This document shows positions 52,971 to 64,000 of a stretch of 64,000 nt of DNA, piece after piece. How positions within the stretch are numbered: position 1 is the stretch's first letter; each line of letters opens with the position of its first letter. This DNA comes from the human T2T-CHM13v2.0 reference genome, Homo sapiens. A program made the position numbers and the translations under genes. Below the pieces are notes generated by a model. That model was not told the origin of the DNA and ran no database searches. It was given only the letters and a program-made list of their open reading frames with translations. The stretch lies in assembly GCF_009914755.1 (NCBI RefSeq), contig NC_060935.1; one strand, written 5' to 3'.

Positions 52971-54569
52971 GGCTTTATTTTTTTGGAGAGGTCTGTACTT
53001 CTGAGAATTTGATCTTAGTATTTGTTTAAATGCCTTTATCTTAACTGCTTTGAGACTGTGATCTGTCTATTCATCTATGTCCCTATATCAGATAGATATA
53101 GAAAATAAAAATGCAATCATTTATTAGTATAATCATATATTATTTTGCCTTTATGTTTTACTAAATTAAAACTCTGAAAAAAAACTATTTCTTTGTAAAT
53201 CAAAATAGTGTCAATTTTTTTTTAAAGGATCAGCAGTTCAAACAGACTTCTTTTTAAAGAGGAAGATTACATTGAGGGTTCTTTACTTTTTTGGAAGTAA
53301 AAGGAATGCATATTTAAATTTTGATTTTTACTTTTGTAGAACAAGCGTCATAGAAAGTGACTTTGATTTATACAGAGAAATAGTAGGCATCTATAGGATG
53401 AATTATATATAATCAATCAACTATTAAACTAAATTAATGTGTATTTATTTATTATAGGTATAAATGAAGAAAGCAATTATTCTAATTTTGAAACACGTCA
53501 TGCAAGCCATGCATAATACAATAAGCATTCTGCAGTGCACATTTTTTCCAGGAAATTTAATTTTTAAAAAAGCAACATAGATATGCTTCTGGTGTGAGAA
53601 ATGTTACTACTGATAACATTTTACCATTTTCTCAAAATTAAAAAAAAACTATATTGATGAAGGATTGGCTTGTAATTAAGTCTATTTATTTGTGCAAATG
53701 TTGGAAACAGACATATTTTAACTTCTGAAATACCTAGATAACTTTGTTCTTCAACTTTTGGTTATACAAATGAAGTACAATTGTTCAAAGTAAATTTCTT
53801 GGATTTATATTGAAATTTCTGTTCAACAGTATGCTTTAGGTCTGAACAGAAAATCACTATTTGCTTAGCATTAGCTTCTCTGTCCATCAATGTGGTAAGT
53901 ACCATAAGGTAAAGAAGAGCAATATATTGCATGATCTCTAGTCATCCAGCATTGATCATTGATTTGGAATTTTGAAAAATCAATAGAAAAAGCTAGACGT
54001 ATTATAAAACTGCATATTTTTAAAATGTAAACACTCATGTGTTATTTACATGAATGCTAGCAATTCAGAGAATTATCAGTGTGGGCTAGAAATTCTAGAA
54101 AATATTAGGCTTCAAAGATGAGGTGATGAGACATTGTTGACTGGTTTTTCTACCTAAGCAGACTTCTACAGTAAGAGAAGTTGTTTCATATGATTTTCTA
54201 AGGTCTTTTTTTTTTCATAGAATCTTAAATTTTAAAGGAAGCTGAAAAGATATCTTGATCAAGCCTCTTTTAAGCTCCTCTACAATTTATCTACTAAGTT
54301 AATGCCTAATTTTGAAGATGTCTATTGTGTCTTAGGGGAAGTTCTAATTCTCACAATGTTCTTTCTTTTTTGGTTGGAATTATTTTACTGTAATTTCTGT
54401 CTAGCTATTTAAAAGTCTGTGATTCTGGAGGCCATGGAAGTTAAGTTGCCCACTTTTCTAAATTCTATTCATCTGTTTCTCACGTTGTGATATTTCAGAT
54501 CTCAATTTTCTGAACTGTCTCTTTGAATATATTAACAATTAGTATTAATTGAATGCTTCTCTTTTACTA

Positions 54570-54775
54570 ACATTTGTTCTCATTAAATCCTCCTAACAAT
54601 CCTGAAAATTTATTATTATTATTATTATTATTGTTATTATTATTCTCAATGTTCAGCTGAGAGAGTAGGAGCAGTGAGAGATAAGTTGCTGAGGGCCATG
54701 GCTAGTAAGTAGATTTCCACTTTGAACCCAGGTATCAGGTACCAAAATTAATATTCTTAACCACTAAGTTATGCT
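54570..54775 (-). mobile_element. MIR with (ATT)n
   Basis: 'tcattaaatcctcctaacaatcctg...ctagtaagtag...tttgaacccagg...ttcttaaccacta'. Confidence 0.75.
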
Positions 54776-57349
54776 GGCCCCCATTTGGCAACACTTCTCT
54801 GTATCCCTTTTAAAACTTACACCAAACTAAATGTTCTTGGAGTATGTGATCTGATTTTGGCAGAGTGAAAGTCTCACTTTCTTCACTACAAACATTGCAA
54901 TCGGTATTATTTAGGACCCCAATTTTTTGTTCTATGATTATCTGTGCCCTTGGCTTAAACTGGTTTTCATTCTTGTTGTATATTTTAGCGGTTCTCTTCA
55001 TTTTTTATAAATAAATCTGTTGCATGCCACCCTAAAAAGATGACATTTCATGTACACTAAACTAGATGTTTCTTTTTAGTGTTAAAATACATCTTTAAAA
55101 TACCTTAATTTTCTTCTCCAAGATGTTAGTATAGCACAGAAATTAAAAGATACATCACTTAATACCCATATGAGCTTGGCAGATAATTTATCCTTGCTTT
55201 TTGTTAGCAATTAAATGGGATTCATAAAATCACTTATATCATAGTGTTGTCTTGGGTTTAAAGTAATGCAACAAAGTAGGCAGAATATAGACATACTCAA
55301 TAAATGTTAGTAAGAACAAATTATACTAGTACCAATACTTACAGCTTTGTAAGAATGACACTCCACATTTAACTTTGAAAAATCAGGTTTTTTGATAATG
55401 ACACAACACTTTTGAAAAGCCCAGATTTTCTTATCAGCAAAGTAATTTGATGAACATAGTGAAAACTACTTAGCAGCTCAAAGGAATATTCCTTGATATG
55501 GCAACAATTATAATATTCTAAGATCTCTAAAATTCTATTGATTTTTAGCAATAAAGGTTTATCTTTGCAAAACAAGCCTTCTTCCTGAGGAATTTTTTGT
55601 TTTGATTTTTAATATACCTTTTTAGGAGGTTGCTATTGGTGTGCTGCGTTAAAGATATTCAATTCCTAAGATACCTGGTTAAAACAAAACAAAACAAAAC
55701 CATTTCCTCTTTCCAAACATGTATAGAACTGGATATCTCTTTCCTCATTTTCTTTTGAAAAACTCAGGAGATGCATACTGCTATTCTCACTTACTGATAA
55801 AAAGGATATTGGAGGGAAAATAAATTAAGAATGTCGCAGAGCCTCTGCTTAAGAGCCTAACCCAGCTCCTTTCGAAGAAATGTGGAGGGAGTGCATTGTA
55901 AATGAGATTTGGCACCTTAGCTTCTGCAATCTTACCATAGTCAACACTCCCACTGGCTTTAGCTTGGAGAGTGCTGTGTGGGTGGTGATTGTATTTTATG
56001 TCTTTATTTAAGTGAGTGAGAGAGACTATAATGTGATAATTCTGGAAATGATAGAGGGGAAGATCCTCCTCAAATGTTTGGATGGCAATGACAGCACATT
56101 AATAGTGTAAATATTTTTTTGTGCTAGCTCTGCTGCACTTCTCAGATCTTTTTATTATATGAATGATACCTGAATTATTCTTTTAAGCAGAGCTCTTTGC
56201 CATTTGGTACTACCTGTTAGCAAGAGTTAATCATAGAGCATGATTTATCTTCTACTTGAATCATTTTTGTTTTAGGAAATCTAAATGGAGTATTTTTATG
56301 TGCATGTTTTTAAAAACATTTATTCTTTATGCCAGGGGAACACAGTGGGCAAGCTTTTCAACAGTGACATTAATGAACCCCCAGCAGTGTCATAGGCGGA
56401 TAGTTTAACAGGGAACATCACAGGAGTTTAGACTCAAGACATTAACCAGGGTGAGACAGATATTGTGGGGGTTGGCTTATTGTGCTGACTGGAAAATAAC
56501 CTCCATCTATTACGGCCTCGGGCCTCAGGAGGAGGACATTAAGGATATACTGTTAGGGGATAGAGATATTTATGCAATATAGTGAAGTGTTAAGGACTGC
56601 TGATACCCAAGTATCTTCTCTTTTAGAAGCCACTTTGGTGGAAGTCTTCCTTCACCCACACTGATGTGGCAGAGGGAAAAGCTTGGTCATCTTGCTACTG
56701 GTGGGAGGCACTTGCTCTTCTTAGAAAGTCAAATTGCATTTTGAATGGAAGGCCCACAAGCTGTATTTTAAACAATCCTATTCTAGTACTGAGGGAGAAA
56801 ATTTTTACTTTCCTCTACATTCTTTTCAGTTTCCCATTTCTTGCCTGTACATTTGCAGTGACTTTGTAATTTATTGTCCAAACCAGATACTTTTGAGAAT
56901 GAATGGGGATGCTATTGATAATTCAGCAGTGGCTATAGAAAAACTAGGTCATATAGGTATTCTACCTATTCCTAGGCAGTGGGGAAAGTTTTAAGAGAGG
57001 CTAATGCACTGTTTGAGCTAGAGCCACAAAAGGAGTCCTTACCTTGAATAGGGGCTCTGCGTGTGTATTTGAGAAACAGAACCTTCAAATAATACACACT
57101 GTAGGTTTGCCTAGCTTTGTCTCACTTTAGAGATTGTAATTAGATGTCCACTACCATGGTCATTGGAAGGCTGAGGATTTGGGTGTTCATGACAGTGGGT
57201 AAAATCTTTTATAAACTCTCTATCACTGATAGAGATGACCTGTTCTAATACTTCCTAGATGCCTAGTTTCTAATGAGTCTGGCATACTCGTTATCAGTTT
57301 GGTGCCCATTATTTCTATCACAAAATTCTACTTCTCCTTCCATAGGATA

Positions 57350-57560
57350 GGGGTTTTTAACATGGCTCCATAATCCCTAGGACTCATTGAATGCATTCAG
57401 GGATTCATTAATTCCTGAAATACATACACACATATATCTGCATATTTATGTATATGTTTAATTTTGAGACACATATGTATATTTTTGTATAAAACAAGTT
57501 TCTCAACTTTCATTAGATACCCTAAAGTTTGTGTGGTCAAAAATGTTTCAAAAAATATGG
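57350..57560. mobile_element. Possible hAT-Charlie DNA transposon remnant
   Basis: Termini-like 'taggggtttttaacatgg' and 'ctttcattagataccctaaagtttgtgtggtcaaaaatgtt'; family unresolved. Confidence 0.35.
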
Positions 57561-57799
57561 AATTGAAGTTTTTAAAGCTAGATTTTAACCTAAAAGCTAT
57601 AATATCTAATATCACATTGACACATTTTATATAGCCTGCTTCAGTTTTATTTAGAGTTAGAAACACTGCATTGTGGGAAAAATAAAAGCCACTGGGGCAT
57701 TTTTTTCCTTCCATGAAGGCTACTGGAAAGAGAACTTGACAAATATAATGAACAACTTAACAATTGCATTATCATTTTAGAGGATAATAATTATACTAT

Positions 57800-58070
57800 T
57801 CATAATAATTCCCTAGTTTTAGATAATGTTGAATATGTGACAGGGACTATTCTTAGCACTTTACACACACACACACACACACACACACTTTTTTTTGTTT
57901 GTTTTTAATATGCACAGTACTATAAGTTCTTCTATCATTTCTATTTTACAGATGGGGAATTGAAGCATGAAAGATTAAATCAAGTAACTGTCCAAAGTCA
58001 CACAGCTAATAACTGAAAAAACTAAGATTGAGCCCATGAAGTTTGACCCCTGAATTTAACTTCTACCCTT
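57800..58070 (-). mobile_element. MIR with (CA)n at ~57863-57888
   Basis: 'ctattttacagatggggaattgaagcatg...aagtaactgtccaaagtcacacagctaat'. Confidence 0.8.
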
Positions 58071-59115
58071 TTCTTGAATTATTGAATTATTTATTCATCA
58101 TTTAGAAAGTACCCTTGCTTATGAATGAAAAATATTTATGTCATGTAAAAATCTAGGATATATTTTTCTATTTATCCATGTAAGTTGGTGAGTATATATA
58201 CATATATGTTTGCCTGTTTTGAATAAGAAGTTCAATTTTGATTCAGGGTACATAGAGTTCAAGGTTTTGAAGGTGAAATCTAACTAGCTCCCAGAAAATA
58301 GAGTAAGAAGAAAATGGCTTCTTTATGGTGCTGCCTGATAAATTTCCTAAAATGTTTGACCTTGTTAAGATACATAATAATATGATAACTTTATAATATA
58401 ATGTAATCATTTTATAATAAATCTAATAATAAAATTATATTTATGTGATACTTTACTTGCCAGAATTCTTCCATGTAACCTGAAAATAACAATGAAGAAG
58501 ACTAGGATTTAAACTGGAGCAGATAAAAATGCTATGGAAGAGATATTCTTATCAGTATTTTATTGCCAGTGTGTCTTTATAAAAGGATTAAGTCAAAACA
58601 TAGCAAAGAAAGCAATGGGGAAAAGACATTATTCATCATATAGAAAAATCAATTAAGTCCACAGATTTCCAAAACCCATACCTTTTAGAATTTTGCTATG
58701 AATTTTCTCTAAATATTAGATTACCCATCAAGTTATTATTCAAATGTGAGGGATGAAATTGATAATGGAATTCCAAAGTAAATACATAAACGAACCCAAG
58801 TAAGCATGCAATTTGTGAATTACCATAGTTTTGCTATCCCAAACATTTTGGTATTTTGACTTTAAATATAGTGAAACAAATGCCCTGGGTTATAAAACTG
58901 AAGAAACAGGATTGATTCCTAGAAGTTCACTAATCTTAGACAAATCAGTTTTCTATAGAGCTTCCTGATTTGTGCAATAAAGAAAAATAATTGTATCTCC
59001 CAGACCTATTAGAAGAGAAATATTAGCTATTGTACATAAAATTGACACTATACACACACATATATATACACATATATTTTTATTGTTGTCTATGTAATGT
59101 TCTCCATTTACAAAA

Positions 59116-62100
59116 CTTTTCTATTTTTAATTTTTATGAATAGACAGTAGGCGTATATGTTTATGGGATACATGAGATATTTTGATATAGGCATACAATG
59201 TGTAATGATCACATTTGCATAAATGAGATATTCATAATCTCAAATATTTATCTTTTCTTTGTGTTACATACAAATTGTACTGTTTTCATTATTTTTTAAT
59301 GTACATTATTGTTGACTCTAGTCATCTAATTATATTTTTATAACCAATACTCATCCCCACTTCTCCCCATCTCATTCGCAGCCTCTGGTAATCGTCATTC
59401 TACTCTCTATCTTCACGAGTTCAGTTTTCATTTTTAGCTCCCACAAATAAGTGAGAACGTGTGAAGTTTGTCTTTCTATGCCTTGCTTATTTCACTTAAC
59501 ACAATGACCTCAGCTCCACCCACGTCGTTGAAAATGAGAGGATCTCCTTCTTTTTGTGGCTGAATAGTACACCGTTGTTATATGTAGCACATTTTCTTTA
59601 TCCATTTATCTGTTGATGGGCACTTAGGTTGCTTCAAAATCTTGGCTATTGTGAATAGTGCTACAATAAACATGCAAGTGCAGGTATCTCTTCAATATAC
59701 TGATTTCTTTTCTTTTGAGTATATGTCTAGCAATAGGATTGCTGGGTCATATGGTAGTTCTGTTTTTAGTCTTTTGAGGAACCTCCAAAGTTTTCTCCAT
59801 AAGGGTTATGCTAACTTACATTCCCACCAACAGTGTGTATGAGGGTTCCCTTTTCTCCACGTTCTCACCAGTATCGGTTGTTGCCTGTGTTTTCAATAAA
59901 AGCCATTTTAACTGTGGTGAGATAATATCACATTGTAGTTTTACTTCGCATTTATCTGATGATGTGATGTTGAGCACCTTTTCATATACCTGTTTGCTAT
60001 TTGTATGTCTTTTGAGAAATGTCAGTTTAGATATTGTGCCCATTTTTTAAATCTGATTATTAGATTTTTTTCTTACAGAACTATTTGAGTTATTTATATA
60101 TTTTGGTTATTAATCTCTTGTCATATGGATAGTTTGCAAATATTTTCCCCCATTCTTTGGGTTAGATCTTTACTTTGTTGATTGTATCCTTTGCTGTGCA
60201 GAAGCTCTTTAATTTGATGTAATTCCATTTGTCTATTTTTGCTTTGATTGTTTTTGCTTGTGGGATATTACTCAAGAAATCTTTGCCCAGTCCAATGTCC
60301 TGGAGAGTTTCTCCAGTGTTTTCTTTTAGAGGTTTCATAGTTTCAGGTCTTAGATGAAGTCTTCAATCAATTTTGATTTTTTTAATTTAGGAAGAGATAG
60401 AGATCTAGTTTCATTCTTCTGGTATGTTGTATTTCCATTATCATGCATTTCAAAAAGTTTGAAAATTTCCTCAAAAATTTCATCATTGACTCACTGGTTA
60501 TCAGGAATATATAGTAAAATTTCTGTGTATTTGTATAGTTTCCAAAATTCCTCTTATTGATTTCTAGTTGTATTCCATTGTGGTCAGGAAAGGTGCTTGA
60601 TATTATTTCAAGTTTTTGAATGTTTTGAGACTTTTTTGTTACCTAACATATGATCCTTGAGAATGACCCATGTGCTGAGGAGAAGAATCTGTGTTCTGCA
60701 GCCATTGGATAAAATGTTCTGTAAATATTTATTAGGTCCATTTGGCCTATAGTGCAGATTAAGTCTGATGTTTATTTCTTGATTTTCTGTCTGAAAGATC
60801 GGTCCAATGCTAAAAGTGGAATGTTGAAATCTCCAACTATTGTTGTATTTAAGTCTCTCTCTCTCTCTTTAGCCCTAATAATATTTGCTTTACATTTTTG
60901 TGTGCTGCAGTTTTGGGTATATATATATTTACAATTGTTATATCATCTTGCTGAATTGACCCCTTTATCACAATATGATTTGATTTTTTTTTGGTCTCTT
61001 CTTATGGTTTTTGTCTTGAAATCTATTTTGTCTGATATTAAGTATAGCTTCTCCTCTTCCTTTTTGGTTTCCATTGGCATGGAATATGTTTTTCCATCTG
61101 TTTATTTTCAGTCTATGTGTATCTTCATAGGTGAAGTGTGTTTCTTGTAACCAGCAGATCGTTGGGTCTTTTTGTTTCTGCATTCAACCACTGTATGTCT
61201 TTTGATTGGATGGTTTATTTCATTGACATTCTATGTAATTGCTGATAAGTATGGCCTTTCTGGTACCATTTTCTTATTTGCTTTCTGATTGTTTTGTGGT
61301 CTTCTCTTTCTTCTTTCCTTCCATCCTGTCTTCCTTTTGGTGAAGGTGATTTTCTCTGGGGGTATGTTTTAATTTCTTCTTTTTCTATTTTTTATGTATC
61401 TGTTGTATGTTTTCTGATTTGTGGTTACAGTGAGGCTTGCAACTAATATAACCCACCTCAGGCCCACAGTGAGGTACTGCATAGCTACTGCCTATGTTCA
61501 TTCAAGGTCCAAGGGCTCCTCAGTCAGCTTGTAGTGAATGCTTCCTGGCCTGGGACTTTTACTTCAGGGTAATGCATTCCCCTCTGGCCCAGGGAGTGTC
61601 AAGAAATGTCATCTGAGAGCCAGTGCCTGGAATCAGGGAACCTTGCTTGGTGCTCTACCCCACTGTGGCTGAATTGGTATGTAATCTGCAAGACAAAGTC
61701 CCATTCACTCTTCCCTTTCCTTTTCTCATGCAGAAGGAGTCCCTCTCCATAACAACCACAGATGGGAATTTGCTGGGTCACACCTAAAGCCAGAACATCT
61801 CTCCATCTCACCCAAGGCCCATGGCGAGTACTGCCTGGGTACCACTGCTGGTTATTCAAGGGCCAATGGCTCTTTAGTCAGAAGATGATTAATCTTGCCA
61901 GGACTGGGTCCTTTTCTTCAAGGCAGCAAGTTTCTTGCTTGCCCAGGGTGTGTCTAGAAATGTCATTCGACAGTTAGTGCCTAGAATCAGGGCCTCAGGT
62001 CTCTGCCCAGGGCCCTATCCTACTGTGGCTGAGCTGGCATCCCAGAGGCAGGACAAAGTCCTCTTTATTCATCCCTCTCCTCTCTTCAAGCAGAAGGAAG

Positions 62101-62470
62101 AGGTCTCTCCCAGAACTGTGAGCTGTGTTGCCTGGGCTTGGTAGAGAGGTGGTGCAAGCACTCTCTTGGCTGCTCTGGCTAGTGTCTCACTGGGATGTGT
62201 GCCCCCCATGTCACTGGCTGTGAGCCCTGTACAGCACCAGGACTTGCAAGGAATTTCAGTCCTTTAAACCTAGACTGCCTTTCAAGTTTATTTACAATCC
62301 CAGAGCACTTTAGCCCAAAATGGCAAGGCTTGCTGGGGCTTAGGTTTTGACTGCTGGAATGGGCAATTCCTTTTTGGCTAGGACTGGGTCTAAATGCTCC
62401 CTCTGTGGGCTCTGGCTGAATTCTTCCTGGTGTTGCTTTTCGTTGTAACAGGGCAACACTGAGTTCTCTT
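59116..62470 (-). mobile_element. L1MA1-3/L1M1-like element: 3' UTR and ORF2 end, EN region and 5' region, with internal deletions
   Basis: 3' end 'cagtaggcgtatatgtttatgggatacatgagatattttgatataggcatacaatg'; ORF2 EN N-terminus on the minus strand (DPTICWLQETHF); GC-richer repeated 5' region at 61455-62470. Confidence 0.85.
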
Positions 62471-62978
62471 CTCCCTAACCTCCTTATGTATCTGTGAGTT
62501 CCAACCCTAAAAAGAAAAATAAAATAGAACATTGTGCCATATTCTAGGTAAACTAGAGTGGTATTGGGGATAGGAGTGTTTATTACTCATCTTTATGCAG
62601 GGAATCCCTTTCACATATCACTCACTCAGTATTCACTGGATGAAGCTGAATTGCATTAATTAGTTTAAGCTAGGAATGTGTTGTCCTTCTAGGCTCTTCC
62701 AATTTTCCTCAAGTATCAAGGCATTACAGATGACAATAAAGGATAATCTCTAAATTTGTTTAACTATAACTTGGACTGTTATTTTGTAACTATCATTTAT
62801 ATTTAGTCTTATCTAGGTAATTAGTTATTATGGCAACTAGTATATTGATTCCCATGCCAAAGGAATTAGCTTTTAAATCTTAACTATTTTATTATATTGT
62901 AGACTGGCACATTTTTGTTTGGGGTCTTTATGCATCTCTGTGGCTAAAAATTCTGAAAGAAAAAAAACCCATGCCTCT

Positions 62979-63130
62979 TATTTTACTTTATTTTATTTTA
63001 TTTATTTATTTTTTTTGAGACATGGTCTTTCTGTGTTGCTCAGGCTGGTCTCAAAAGTCTGGCCTCAAGTAATGCTCCCACCTCAGCCCCTAAGTGCTGG
63101 GTTTACAGGCATGATCCAGCATGCTCAGAC
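62979..63130 (-). mobile_element. FLAM (Alu left monomer)
   Basis: T-rich tail plus 'gagacatggtctttctgtgttgctcaggctggtctc...cctcaagtaatgctcccacctcagcc'. Confidence 0.85.
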
Positions 63131-63345
63131 CCAGCTCTCCTGAATTGTTTTATTTCACTTTTTAGTTCTTCAATTTTTCACTTAAATATATGGGGTGAAA
63201 AATACTATTGAATAATTAGATCTCTCTTATATGGAATCCAAATTCTTCTCCTCCATAATATTTACATATTTTCAATATGTTAATAAATACAATGTCCTAT
63301 ATAACTATGATCTTTAAGATATAAAGTTTTTTTTACCTTTATATC

Positions 63346-63385
63346 TTTTGTTTGCCAACTTCCAATTTTGTTTGCCAACTTCCAA
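63346..63385. repeat. Perfect 20-bp tandem duplication
   Basis: ttttgtttgccaacttccaa x2. Confidence 0.95.
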
Positions 63386-64000
63386 TTTTTTATTCATTGG
63401 ATTTTTAAATTTTATGTAAAAAGTAGTATTTCTCTATAGTAATTATGGACTAAGATCTTATGGTTTATTCACATTTGTTGATATTTTATGCTGTAAGCCA
63501 GTTGGCAGTAGGGATTGAGGTCATGTGATATTTTCCCCATTAAAGATGCCTTATATTCCTATAGTTTGTATGTATATATGTCTGCTTATATACATAGATA
63601 TAGTATATACAGAGCATTTTTATGTACATGAAGTCATTTATGCTATAAGTTGTATATATTAATGGATTTTCTTAAACTTCCAAGCTGCGAGTTTATTTTT
63701 TCCCCAGTTTTGGAGATAGACCAAATACTTTTTCACATAATTTTTATCTCAGTTTTTCTGCAGGGAACTTTTTTATATTAGCCAGTGTTTACAGCTGGTA
63801 TTATAAGATGAGAAAGTTGGGGGAAAGGAGAAGGAAAAAGGACTGTATTTATTTAAGAAACATTTTCAGTATAGTACTGTTTTTCTGAAACATGAAATAA
63901 ATATTTTATCCTCCACTGTCATTTTAGTGAAGCATGAAAGCTGAGGAAATACTGAGAAGTAATGGATGCTTACATTTTTTTTTCTTTGCAAGGGGTCAAA

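Noticed and set aside
53455-53520. Possible terminal coding exon (tttattatag|GT ATA AAT GAA...TAA; GINEESNYSNFETRHASHA*)
   Set aside because: It is short, the peptide is unrecognised, and no supported upstream exon exists; AT-rich DNA yields such acceptors by chance.
61455-62115. Diverged ~355-360-bp tandem repeat
   Set aside because: It lies in the L1M1-type 5' region, which from recalled consensus has such repeated units; not a locus-specific array.

Overview
AT-rich, CpG-poor primate genomic DNA, most likely human or another ape (AluJ/S/Y, THE1/MST, MER41, L1PA). It is intergenic or deep-intronic, and I could not identify the locus. I can support no protein-coding gene, RNA gene, CpG-island promoter or CRISPR array. 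The longer ORFs I examined fall in Alu, L1, LTR or microsatellite sequence, and the short ORFs in unique DNA resemble nothing I recognise. A large part of the window is interspersed repeat: about 16 Alus/monomers, many L1 pieces (L1PA15/16-like, L1MA, L1MB, L1MC, L1ME), solo LTRs (MER41B, MER50, MER4, MER34, THE1/MST, MLT1, MLT2), hAT DNA transposons (MER58A, MER63), L2 and MIR. Family calls come from recalled consensus sequences, so subfamily names and the edges of old elements are approximate. I found no evidence for a new multi-gene system. The strongest leads are: (1) a MER41B solo LTR with both STAT1 GAS motifs intact, nested in an AluJ inside an MLT1; (2) a near-consensus AluY with a perfect 15-bp TSD, a candidate recent or polymorphic insertion; (3) a 5'-inverted L1 with twin-priming geometry that carries a cluster of overlapping palindromes; (4) a young 124-bp tandem duplication inside an old L1; (5) an orphan L1 RT-core fragment; (6) several locally templated micro-rearrangements; and (7) motif clusters in repeat-free DNA.
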